Shown here in pieces: positions 51,350-60,300 of a stretch of 62,440 bases of DNA. The position numbers were made by a program, and so were the translations under genes. Numbering within the stretch: position 1 is the stretch's first letter; the number at the start of each line of letters is the position of its first letter. The notes below the pieces were generated by a model. That model had not been told where the DNA came from. It did not search any database and saw only the letters and a list, made by a program, of their open reading frames with translations. This DNA comes from Burkholderiales bacterium (GTDB lineage: Bacteria > Pseudomonadota > Gammaproteobacteria > Burkholderiales > Burkholderiaceae_C): assembly GCA_038207685.1 (NCBI GenBank), contig JBBQZM010000001.1, forward strand, positions 1 through 62,440. Reading direction: 5' to 3'.

Positions 51350-51790
51350 ATGTCCCACCTTGCCATGTCCCACATTGCCAAAGCCCCGCCACCGCGTCGC
51401 GCCCGCGGCTTCACGCTGATCGAACAGCTCACCGTCACCGCCATCGCCGGCACGGTATCCACCATGGCGCTGCCCAGCCTGCTGGACTTCCACGCCCAGG
51501 CCGATCAGGCGGCGCTGGTCAGCATGGCGGCGGCAGCCGGCTCGGCGATGGTGCTCAACCAGGCCGGTTGCCAGGTCACCGGCCAGAGGCCAATGCCCGG
51601 CAAGTGCCAGGCCATCAGCGATTGCCAGCAGGTGCAAGCCCTGCTGATGGCCGAGCTGCCCGCCGGCTACCGCGTGCTGCCGCAGCCGCTGACTGCCGAC
51701 GGCATCAGCGCCGCCGCCCAGACTTGCCAGCTACGGCGGGACAGCGACGGCGCCAGCGCCGGCTTTTACGGCGTGGTCGCAGCGCGCTGA
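51350..51790 (+). CDS. Type IV prepilin-like protein (MshA-like N-terminus)
   Basis: RG|FTLIE cleavage/methylation site, ALP..LD....A.QAAL..MA.A..SAM..N helix, four C-terminal Cys. Confidence 0.7.
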   Translation: MSHLAMSHIAKAPPPRRARGFTLIEQLTVTAIAGTVSTMALPSLLDFHAQADQAALVSMAAAAGSAMVLNQAGCQVTGQRPMPGKCQAISDCQQVQALLMAELPAGYRVLPQPLTADGISAAAQTCQLRRDSDGASAGFYGVVAAR

Positions 51791-51817
51791 GCAGCGCGCC
51801 CTCGGTCAGACAGCCGC

Positions 51818-52351
51818 TCAGCGGCCCAGCGCCTGCGCTTCAGCGGCGCAGTTCAGCGGCGACTTCTGCCCCTGGGCGCGGGCCTGGCGGATTTCGGCGC
51901 GGGCCAGCTCGGCCTGGGCCTGAAAGGTCTCGTCGGCGTGCAGCCGGGCGATGGCGGCGGCGCCCATCAGCCGGCCGGCGTCAACATCACTTTGCCAGTG
52001 CACGCCACAGATCACCCGGCTCTGGCCGAAGGCATGTCCGCGTTGCAGCACCGCATTGGCACGCTCGGGCGCCAGTTCGGCCAGCAGCAGCGCCCAGCCC
52101 CAGGACAGCGCCGCGTGGCCTGAGGGATAACTGCCGTCGTTGACCCGTGCGGCCTCGGAGGCCGGCGCGCAAGTGCCTTCCTTCAGCGCCGCGAAGGGCC
52201 GTTGGCGTTTGTAGTGGTCCTTGGCGGCATAGGTCGACAGGCCGCTGTCCAGCAGGCTGCGGCGCAGCAGCATGTTCAGGTGCGGTGTGGCCTGTTGCGA
52301 GATCGGCAGGTCCTCAACGGCCAAGGATGTTAGGGCGCGGCACCGCGCCAT
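51818..52351 (-). pseudogene. Class A non-specific acid phosphatase (PAP2; PhoN/PhoC-like), N-terminally truncated
   Basis: K..Y.R.RP, SYPSGH, SR...GVHWQSD motifs intact; family resemblance starts at DLPIS (about 52312); no signal peptide or N-terminal helices. Confidence 0.7.
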
Positions 52352-52469
52352 GTTCTCCCGGAAAACTCGCCGCCGGCCGCTGGCCCCCGGCTTGCGCCTG
52401 ACCCACGCGTGACGGCTGCGCGCAGCGGTCGGCGCTAGCATGCGAGCCCAGACGACAGGAGACCCCGCC

Positions 52470-53672
52470 ATGACCCACGCCTACATCTGCGACGCCATCC
52501 GCACCCCCTTCGGCCGCTACGGTGGTGCGCTGTCCAGCGTGCGCACCGACGACCTGGGTGCGATCCCGATCAAGGCGCTGATGGCCCGCAATCCGCAAGT
52601 CGACTGGGCCGCGGTGGCCGACGTGCTCTATGGCTGCGCCAACCAGGCTGGCGAGGACAACCGCAACGTCGCACGCATGGCGGCGCTGCTGGCCGGCCTG
52701 CCGGTGGGCGTGCCGGGCGGCACCATCAACCGGCTGTGCGGCTCGGGGCTGGACGCGGTGGGCACGGCCGCGCGTGCCATCAAGGCCGGCGAGGCCCAGT
52801 TGATGATCGCCGGCGGCGTCGAGAGCATGAGCCGCGCGCCCTTCGTGATGCCCAAGGCCGAAACCGCCTTCAGCCGTGCCAACACGGTGTACGACACCAC
52901 CATCGGCTGGCGCTTCGTCAACAAGCTGATGAAGGCGCAGTACGGCGTCGACTCGATGCCCGAGACCGCCGAGAACGTGGCGATCGACTTCAAGATCGAG
53001 CGCGAGGCGCAGGACCGCATGGCGCTGGCCAGCCAGCAAAAGGCGGTGGCGGCGCAGCAAGCCGGCCACCTGGCGGCCGAGATCACGCCGGTGAGCATTG
53101 CGCAGAAGAAGGGCGATCCGGTGATCGTCAGCCAGGACGAACATCCACGGGCGACCAGCCTGGAGGCGCTGGCCAAACTCAAGGGCGTGGTCAAGCCTGA
53201 TGGTACGGTGACGGCGGGCAATGCCAGCGGCGTCAACGACGGTGCCTGCGCCCTGCTGCTGGCCAGCGAGACGGCGGCGGCCCGCCACGGCCTGACGCCA
53301 CGCGCCCGGGTGGTGGGCATGGCCACCACCGGTGTGGCGCCGCGCATCATGGGCTTCGGCCCGGCGCCGGCCACACGCAAGGTGCTGGAACTCACCGGCC
53401 TCAGCCTGGCGCAGATGGATGTGATCGAACTCAACGAAGCCTTTGCCGCGCAAGGCCTGGCGGTGCTGCGCGACCTGGGCCTGGCCGATGACGACGCGCG
53501 GGTCAACCGCTGGGGCGGCGCGATCGCGCTGGGCCACCCGCTGGGCGCCAGCGGCGCGCGGCTGGCCACCACCGCGGTGAGCCAGTTGCACCGGAGCGGC
53601 GGCCGCTACGCGCTGTGCACCATGTGCATCGGCGTCGGCCAGGGCATCGCGCTGGTGCTCGAGCGGGTCTAG
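52470..53672 (+). CDS. pcaF: 3-oxoadipyl-CoA thiolase (PcaF/PaaJ)
   Basis: QAGEDNRNVARM, NRLCGSG, NEAFAAQ, GHPLGASG, MCIGVGQG. Confidence 0.88.
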   Translation: MTHAYICDAIRTPFGRYGGALSSVRTDDLGAIPIKALMARNPQVDWAAVADVLYGCANQAGEDNRNVARMAALLAGLPVGVPGGTINRLCGSGLDAVGTAARAIKAGEAQLMIAGGVESMSRAPFVMPKAETAFSRANTVYDTTIGWRFVNKLMKAQYGVDSMPETAENVAIDFKIEREAQDRMALASQQKAVAAQQAGHLAAEITPVSIAQKKGDPVIVSQDEHPRATSLEALAKLKGVVKPDGTVTAGNASGVNDGACALLLASETAAARHGLTPRARVVGMATTGVAPRIMGFGPAPATRKVLELTGLSLAQMDVIELNEAFAAQGLAVLRDLGLADDDARVNRWGGAIALGHPLGASGARLATTAVSQLHRSGGRYALCTMCIGVGQGIALVLERV

Positions 53673-53778
53673 CCGATGGCCCGGTTCGGGGCCGGCGCCG
53701 CACGCACCGCGGGCCGACCACCGTTGCCGGCGATCGGCCCGCGGGATGGTGATGGGCGGGCGCCCATCGTCAAGGTCA

Positions 53779-54339
53779 TCACTTCGTCGGCGCTTGCGAC
53801 CCCATGTGACGGCCGTAGCCCGAGCCCCGCGACTGGCCGAAAAGCGCCTTCTGCTCAGGTGTCAGCACCGCCAACAACTCGGTGCGTGCGGCGTCCTGCG
53901 AGGCGAACAGCTTGGTCATCGTCTCATGCTGGGCATTGCGGTCGATGTTGGCCTTGGGGTCCTGCAACTGGGCCTGCATCGTCGCATGGAGAGCCTGGCG
54001 AGTCTGCACCTGCTGCTGCATCTGCGCCATGTACTTCTGCCAAGCTGCGTCCTGCTCGGTGGTGATCTTCAGCGCAGTCTTCATGTCGCTCATTCGAGCC
54101 GCCAGCACGGCCGGCGAATCGAAGCCCATGCCGCCCATGCCAGCGCCCTGGCCCATGCCGTAGCCCGGACCCATGCCCTGGCCCATGCCGTAGCCTTGGC
54201 CCATCATGCCGGCGCCCGGTCCCATGCCGGCACCCTGGCCCATGCCGTAGCCGCCTCCCGGATGGGCGGAGACAACGGAGACAGCCGCCAGCGAGAGGAC
54301 GGTCAATGTGGTGGTGATGATCTTGGTGGTGGTCTTCAT
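53779..54339 (-). CDS. Spy/CpxP-like periplasmic protein (LTxxQ) with Gly/Met repeats
   Basis: Signal peptide, LKIT.EQ..AW, LTPEQK; CAGGAG RBS. Confidence 0.82.
   Translation of the reverse strand: MKTTTKIITTTLTVLSLAAVSVVSAHPGGGYGMGQGAGMGPGAGMMGQGYGMGQGMGPGYGMGQGAGMGGMGFDSPAVLAARMSDMKTALKITTEQDAAWQKYMAQMQQQVQTRQALHATMQAQLQDPKANIDRNAQHETMTKLFASQDAARTELLAVLTPEQKALFGQSRGSGYGRHMGSQAPTK
54146..54252. repeat. 20-bp direct repeat x3 encoding GYGMGQG
   Basis: ccctggcccatgccgtagcc at 54146, 54176 and 54233. Confidence 0.9.
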
Positions 54340-54574
54340 GGTGTTCTCCTGAAGGGTCGATGAAGAGACGGTGGGCACCTTGTGGCGGCCTGTCGCCCCG
54401 TTGCAGAAGATCCCTTCGCAACGGTTCCATTGAAGCGCCGGCCTGTAAGAACGGTGTGTCAACGGCGGCCTTTTTTGTCGCGCCCTGTGCCAAGCCGCCG
54501 GCTTGACATGCTGTGTTACTTTTCTGCTGCGCCCGGCGCGTGCGATTCGCACGTCACTGCGGTGCAATGAGGCC

Positions 54575-55306
54575 ATGGACCCGATGGAACGTAGCGACCA
54601 CATCCTGATCGTCGACGACGACAGCGAGATCCGCAGCCTGCTTATCCGTTACCTGGAGAAGAACGGGCTGCGCGCCACCGCCGTGGGCGACGGCCGGGCG
54701 ATGTGGCGGGCGCTCGACGGCGGCGCCTTCGACCTGATCGTGCTCGATCTGATGCTGCCCGGCGACGATGGACTCACGCTCTGCCGCAACTTGCGCGGCA
54801 AGTCGGATATCCCGGTGATCATGCTCACCGCGCGCGGCGACGAGACTGACCGCATCGTCGGCCTGGAGATGGGTGCCGACGATTACCTGCCCAAGCCCTT
54901 CAGCGCGCGTGAACTGCTGGCCCGCATCAAGGTCATCCTGCGCCGCACGCGCAGCCTGCCGCCCAACCTGCAGCCGCAGGAGGAGCCGCTGCTGCAATTC
55001 GCCGGCTGGACGCTCGACACCACGCGCCGTGCGCTGCGCTCACCCTCCGGCGAGGCCGCCGAGATCGGCGGTGTCGAGTACAAGCTGCTGCGGGTCTTCC
55101 TCGACCACCCGAACCGGGTGCTCAGTCGCGACCAGCTGCTCGACCTCACGCAGGGCCGTGAGGCCGACCCGCTGGACCGCAGCATCGACGTGCAGGTCAG
55201 CCGCCTGCGCCAGCGCCTGGGTGATGACCCGCGCAGCCCGGCGCTGATCAAGACCGTGCGCGGCGAGGGCTACGTGCTGTCGGTGCCGGTCGACAAGGGG
55301 CTGTGA
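54575..55306 (+). CDS. OmpR-family response regulator
   Basis: VDDD, LDLMLPG.DG, GADDY..KPF, winged helix DRSIDVQVSRLR...TVRG.GY. Confidence 0.95.
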   Translation: MDPMERSDHILIVDDDSEIRSLLIRYLEKNGLRATAVGDGRAMWRALDGGAFDLIVLDLMLPGDDGLTLCRNLRGKSDIPVIMLTARGDETDRIVGLEMGADDYLPKPFSARELLARIKVILRRTRSLPPNLQPQEEPLLQFAGWTLDTTRRALRSPSGEAAEIGGVEYKLLRVFLDHPNRVLSRDQLLDLTQGREADPLDRSIDVQVSRLRQRLGDDPRSPALIKTVRGEGYVLSVPVDKGL

Positions 55307-56820
55307 TGGCCGAGCGCAGACTCAGACACAGACGCTGGCGCTGGCTGCCGGGCTCGTTGTTCGGCCGGCTGATGTTGGTGCTGGGCGCTGGCCTGCTGCT
55401 GGCGCAGTTGTTGAGCGCGTTGATCAACGTGGCCGAGCGCGACCGGCTGGTGGCCGGCAGCTTCGGCCTGCAGCCGGCGCAGCGCATTGCCGATGTGGTC
55501 AGGCTGCTCGATGGCCTGGGTGCGGGCGAACGCGGGCAGGTGGTGGCGGTGCTCAACCAGCCGCCGCTGGTGCTGTCGCTGCACGACCTGCCACGCATCA
55601 CCGTAGACGGCTCGTCCGGCTGGCGCCGGGCGATGTTCGCGTCGCGCCTGCAGGCGTCGCTGGGCGACGACCGTGCGGTGCGTGTGCAGGCCCGCGAGGG
55701 ATTTTCGGCCGGTGCAGAGATGCCGATACCCGGCAAAGGCCATCCCGACAGCATGATGGGCCGCGACCTGCCACCCGGCATGGCAGCGCGCATGGCCGAG
55801 CACATGGGGCTGGGCGCGGGGGCCGGGCCGGGCCGGCGAGCTGGCGAGGGCTGGGCCATGGGCAGCGGTGCCACGGTGTTGCGCACCGAGGTGCAGCTGC
55901 GCGACGGCCGCTGGGCGCGCTTCGACACCGAGCTGCCCGGCACGCCCGAGCTGCTGCCCTGGCGGCTGCTGCTCACGCTCGGCGTGCTGCTGCTGACGGT
56001 GCTGGCGCTGTCGTTTGTGGCCGTGCGCTGGGTGGTGCGACCGTTGCATGTGCTGGCGCAGGCCGCCGACGCGCTGGGCCAGGACCTCGACCACGCACCG
56101 CTGCCCGAGGACGGCCCGTTGGAGGTGCGCCAGGCGGCGCGCGCCTTCAACACCATGCAGCAGCGGCTGGCGGGCTTCATCAACGACCGCACGCGGGTGC
56201 TGACCGCCCTGTCGCACGACCTGAAGACCCCACTGACCCGGCTGCGACTGCGCGCTGAGCTGCTCGACGACGACGAGCAGCGCGAGCGCTTCGAGGCCGA
56301 CCTGCGCGAGATGGAGACCATGGTGGTGCAGACGCTGGAGTTTCTGCGCGGCCTGGGCCACAACGCACCGCGTGAGCCGGTGGATGTGAACGCGCTGCTG
56401 GCCACGCTGCAGGCCGACAACGCGGCGCTGGGGCGCACCTTGCGCATCGAGGGCCGGGCTGGCGCAGCACTGGTAGCCGATGGCTCGATGCTCAAGCGTG
56501 CGCTGAGCAACCTGGTCGACAACGCCTTTGCCTATGGCGGCAGCGCCACGCTGCGGGTGGACGACAGCGCCGAGGCGTTGGTGCTGCAAATACTGGACGA
56601 CGGCCCGGGCATCGCCGAGGACCAGCTCGAACAGGTGTTCGAGCCCTTCTTCCGGTTGGAAGGCTCACGCAGCCGCGCCACCGGCGGCAGCGGCCTGGGC
56701 CTGGGAATCGCGCGCAACATCGCGCGTGGCCATGGCGGCGAGCTGCTGCTGCGCAACCGGCTCGAAGGCGGGTTGATGGCGGTGTTGACGCTGCCGCGGC
56801 GGCAAGCCCCTAACGCGTAG
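55303..56820 (+). CDS. HAMP-domain sensor histidine kinase (EnvZ/CpxA-like)
   Basis: Two TMs, HAMP, SHDLKTPLTR, NL.DNA, DDGPG, G.GLGL.I. Confidence 0.94.
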   Translation: MMAERRLRHRRWRWLPGSLFGRLMLVLGAGLLLAQLLSALINVAERDRLVAGSFGLQPAQRIADVVRLLDGLGAGERGQVVAVLNQPPLVLSLHDLPRITVDGSSGWRRAMFASRLQASLGDDRAVRVQAREGFSAGAEMPIPGKGHPDSMMGRDLPPGMAARMAEHMGLGAGAGPGRRAGEGWAMGSGATVLRTEVQLRDGRWARFDTELPGTPELLPWRLLLTLGVLLLTVLALSFVAVRWVVRPLHVLAQAADALGQDLDHAPLPEDGPLEVRQAARAFNTMQQRLAGFINDRTRVLTALSHDLKTPLTRLRLRAELLDDDEQRERFEADLREMETMVVQTLEFLRGLGHNAPREPVDVNALLATLQADNAALGRTLRIEGRAGAALVADGSMLKRALSNLVDNAFAYGGSATLRVDDSAEALVLQILDDGPGIAEDQLEQVFEPFFRLEGSRSRATGGSGLGLGIARNIARGHGGELLLRNRLEGGLMAVLTLPRRQAPNA

Positions 56821-56839
56821 CGCCGCAGCAGGATTGGCG

Positions 56840-57292
56840 TCAGTGGTGCGGATTGGGCGCTAACCGAGCCTGCAGGCTGAGCGTGCAGCTCACGCCGTTC
56901 AGCACCAAGGGATCGACGAAGACGCCGCGGGCTACCAGGGTGAGGCTGCCGTCAGCCTGGCTGACCGGCACGCCGCCTGCAGCCGAGGTCGACAACGTCA
57001 GCTTGACCCTCGCGCGGCCAAGCGGGTACTTCAACTTCAGCTTGATTGGCAGTTCGAGCTGGCCGGTGGCCGGGTTGAAGCGGCCGATGCCCAGGCCGTC
57101 AAACTCCAGCGAGATCGGCGGCATATCCTTGAGCACCAGCTTCGGAAAGGCGGTGCCGTCGACCTGCTGGCGCTGCTGGCGGAACAGCGTCGGCCAGCGG
57201 AGTTGCAGCAAAAACGGGCCTTTCAGCTCCGGGTTGCTGTGATCGGTGGTCAAGGTGACCTCACCGCTGAGCAGGCTGTCCAGATCGTTCAT
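56840..57292 (-). CDS. Hypothetical beta-rich protein, 150 aa
   Basis: ATG with CAGGAG RBS, plausible codon usage, co-directional with the upstream giant gene; no recognised motif. Confidence 0.7.
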   Translation of the reverse strand: MNDLDSLLSGEVTLTTDHSNPELKGPFLLQLRWPTLFRQQRQQVDGTAFPKLVLKDMPPISLEFDGLGIGRFNPATGQLELPIKLKLKYPLGRARVKLTLSTSAAGGVPVSQADGSLTLVARGVFVDPLVLNGVSCTLSLQARLAPNPHH

Positions 57293-57370
57293 GGCGTGAC
57301 TCCTGGTTAACGTGGCATGGATGGCAACGGGGCGGTACCGCCGGTCTGCGCGGGCGCGCAGGCGCAGCGG

Positions 57371-60300
57371 TCAAGCATCAGCCTCCGGCTGCCCCTCACC
57401 GGATAGCACATAGACTTGGTCGCGCACCTTGCCATCGGTGGTAACGATCTCGACCTGCAGTTGCGGCGGCGCGCTGGCGCTGGCGGGCAGCGCGCTGAGC
57501 AGCAGATGGTTGGCGCGCTGCTCGGTCAGGTCGGTGTGCATCTGGCCCTGGATCGTGGTTTTGCCGTCGCTGATGCACAGCCGCCCGTTGCAAAGCAGTT
57601 GCTCGGGCCGGCCGTTGGCAAACGGGAACGGCGCATGCAGCCCCGAAGCCACCACCATGTGCAGCACGACACCGTTGTCCAGCCGCAGCCGGCCGGCCAG
57701 CGAAAGGTGCTCGTCGCCGCCGATGAAGACCACGCCGTGGATGCGCCGCCGCTGGATGTGATCCAGAAGTCGGATCAGCGATGCCGGATAGCCAGCCCAG
57801 CTGTCGACCGTCAGCTGCGGAACCTGGGCATCAAAGCCGACTGGCAGCGGCAGTACGATGCTGGCCGAGACGATGAATTTGAACGGCGCGGCGGCATGCT
57901 GGTCCAGCCAGGCCAGCAAGGCGACCATGTCGGCCTCGGCGACGATGGCTGCGCGGCGCCAGGAGCGCGCAGCATCGATGCGCCGCAGCTCACGCTGGCT
58001 GCGGCTGTCGAGCACAAAAATCGGCTGACCTGCCGGCGCAAAGACATAGCTGCACGACGCGCAGAGGCCCAGCGGTGGTGGATTGAGCGCTGCCTGGTGG
58101 CAGTTGTAGGCGTCGAGCCGCGCATGGTCGTCGCCGCTGAGCTGACTTGGCGGATCGGGTGGCTGCCAATCGTTGGCGATCTCATGGTCGTCCAGCAGGG
58201 TATAGACCGGCAAGCGGGCATGCAGCGCGCGGAACGCCGGCAGCCGCCAGGCCAGCTCATAGCCTTGGCGAGCGACCTGCCGGGCGGCGCGGTGGCCCAG
58301 GCCGACGGCCACCGACGCCGCGTCGAGGTAGACCTGGTCACCGATCAGCAGCAGAAAGGCCGGCGCTTGGTCGGGCTGGCTTATCAGGCGATCCAACATC
58401 ACCCGATAGGACGCGCCGGCCACCGGCTGGTCGAACAGGCCCTGCGGAAACTGGCAGCTGCCGACGGCAAAGCGCAGTGGCTGCGGGCCAGCAGGCGGCA
58501 CAGGCGGTACGGGCGGCACAGGCGTTTCGGGCGCTTCTGGTGCTTCTCGTGAACCTGGCGGATCTGGCGGTGCGGCCAAGGCTGCGACGTCGCATCCGGC
58601 CAAGCTGGACGCGCGCAAGTGCAGCAAGCAGCGCGCGATCGACCGCGAGCGCCGGCCTTCGAGCTGGCGCGACACCGCCAGCAGCGCATCGGGCGCCAGC
58701 GGATAGCCGCCTTGCAGCGCCAGCTCGCCCCCCGCTTGCGCCGGCCCGGCGAAGGCCAGATCCGACTGCGGCGCCAGCGCATCGCAGTGCAGCGTCAGCA
58801 CCAGGTAGGCCGCTGCGGCTGGCAGCAAATCGCGCCGCAGCTGCAGCGTCAGTACGCCGCGACTCAACCGCTCGCGTTGCGTCAGCGCGTCGGCAGTGTC
58901 GATGCGCCAGCCGCGCGCCTGGTCAACCAACACCCGCCAGCCCGACGCGCTGCCCGCCTGCTTGCGCCACTCGGCCGGTGCCAGTACGACGCAGAGTGTC
59001 TCGACATTGCGCGGGCCGGGATGCAGTTGCAGGCTGGCTTCGATCAGCGGCGGCTGGCCCGGCGCGACGGCCAGCATCCGCAGCCAGCCCAGGCCGGGGC
59101 CGATCCAGGGCTGCTCGCAGAAGTAGCGCGTGCGCGGCTCGCCCAGGCGCGACTCGTTGTGTTCGCTGGTGCTGAGAAAGCGCTCGATCACCGGAAAAAC
59201 GTCGAAGTGGGCATGCTGGCCGATCAGCACATCCTGATGGCCGTAGCGCTGCAGCACATGCAGCTGGCGCGGCGAATCGCCGCCCCAGTGCAGATCGCCC
59301 TGCTGCACGCAGGCGATGCCGGCCGCTTCGTTGAACACCCGCTTCAGCAGCCGGTAGCTGTCATGCCCGCCCTGCCAGTCGAAGATCTGGTTTTTCTTGC
59401 CGTGCAGCAGCAGCACCGGGAAGGCAAAGCGCTGGCGCAGCCCGCTGTCATGGACGCAGGTATTCTGGCCATCGGCGTCGGTCAGCACGCCTTGGCGCGC
59501 CAGGTGCTGGGTCTGCGCCAACGTGCGCGTCTTGACCCAGCCGAACAGCGCGTCCAGCGCCAGCAGGGTTTCGTCGGCCAGGTTGTCGAGCTCGAAGCTG
59601 TGGCCGACGATGGCATCGGCACGGTGCCGCACCAGCCTGAAGTCGCGCTGGCTGCGGCCGCTGTCGTCGTCCAGCGCGCCGGCGCGCGCCGCCTCGCGGT
59701 CGGTCTGCGGATAGGGCAGCAAGGCCAGCACCGCGTCCAGCAGCCTGATGCCGACGCCGCCTTGGGCCTTTTGCCAGACGCCCTTGACCGGCTGCGCGGC
59801 GTACTCGGGCCGCACGTCGAACTCGGTAGTCGACAGGAACTGCTCGGTCAGGCTGGCGACAAAGCCGCGCAGCTGGTTCAGCGGGCTCATGCGCAGCAGC
59901 GGGCCCACCGCCGACAGCACCGCATGGCCGATGCTGCGGTGCAGCGTGGCATGGCCCAGTAGCGCCATGCAGAACATCGCGCTACCCATGCAGTGGGCGA
60001 CGACGTCGACCTTCTGCTGGTCGCTGTGCTCAAGCACCCGGTCGATGGCGCGTGGAATGTCGCCCAGCGCCGTTTCTTCCAGGCTGAACGGCCCGGGTCG
60101 GTGCTCGTTGGCCGCGCTGGTGCGCAGGTCCAGCAGCCAGACCTCCCGGCCTTGCGCCAGCATGAAGCTAACCAGGTTGACCGGAATGCTGGGGTGGCTG
60201 AAGGTCGAGCCCGAGGCGCTGAGGCCGTGGATCAGCAGCAGCGGCCGCGCCGCCGCCGCCGGCTGCTGCGGCAGGTAGCGCGAGAGGCGGCAATCTTCAT

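Noticed and set aside
52329-52335. GTTAGGG near the phosphatase breakpoint as an integron core site
   Set aside because: Does not fit GTTRRRY, no matching attC palindrome and no integrase
52470-53672. Lone pcaF as marker of an aromatic-degradation island
   Set aside because: No other pca, cat or paa genes are adjacent; stand-alone copies of this thiolase are ordinary
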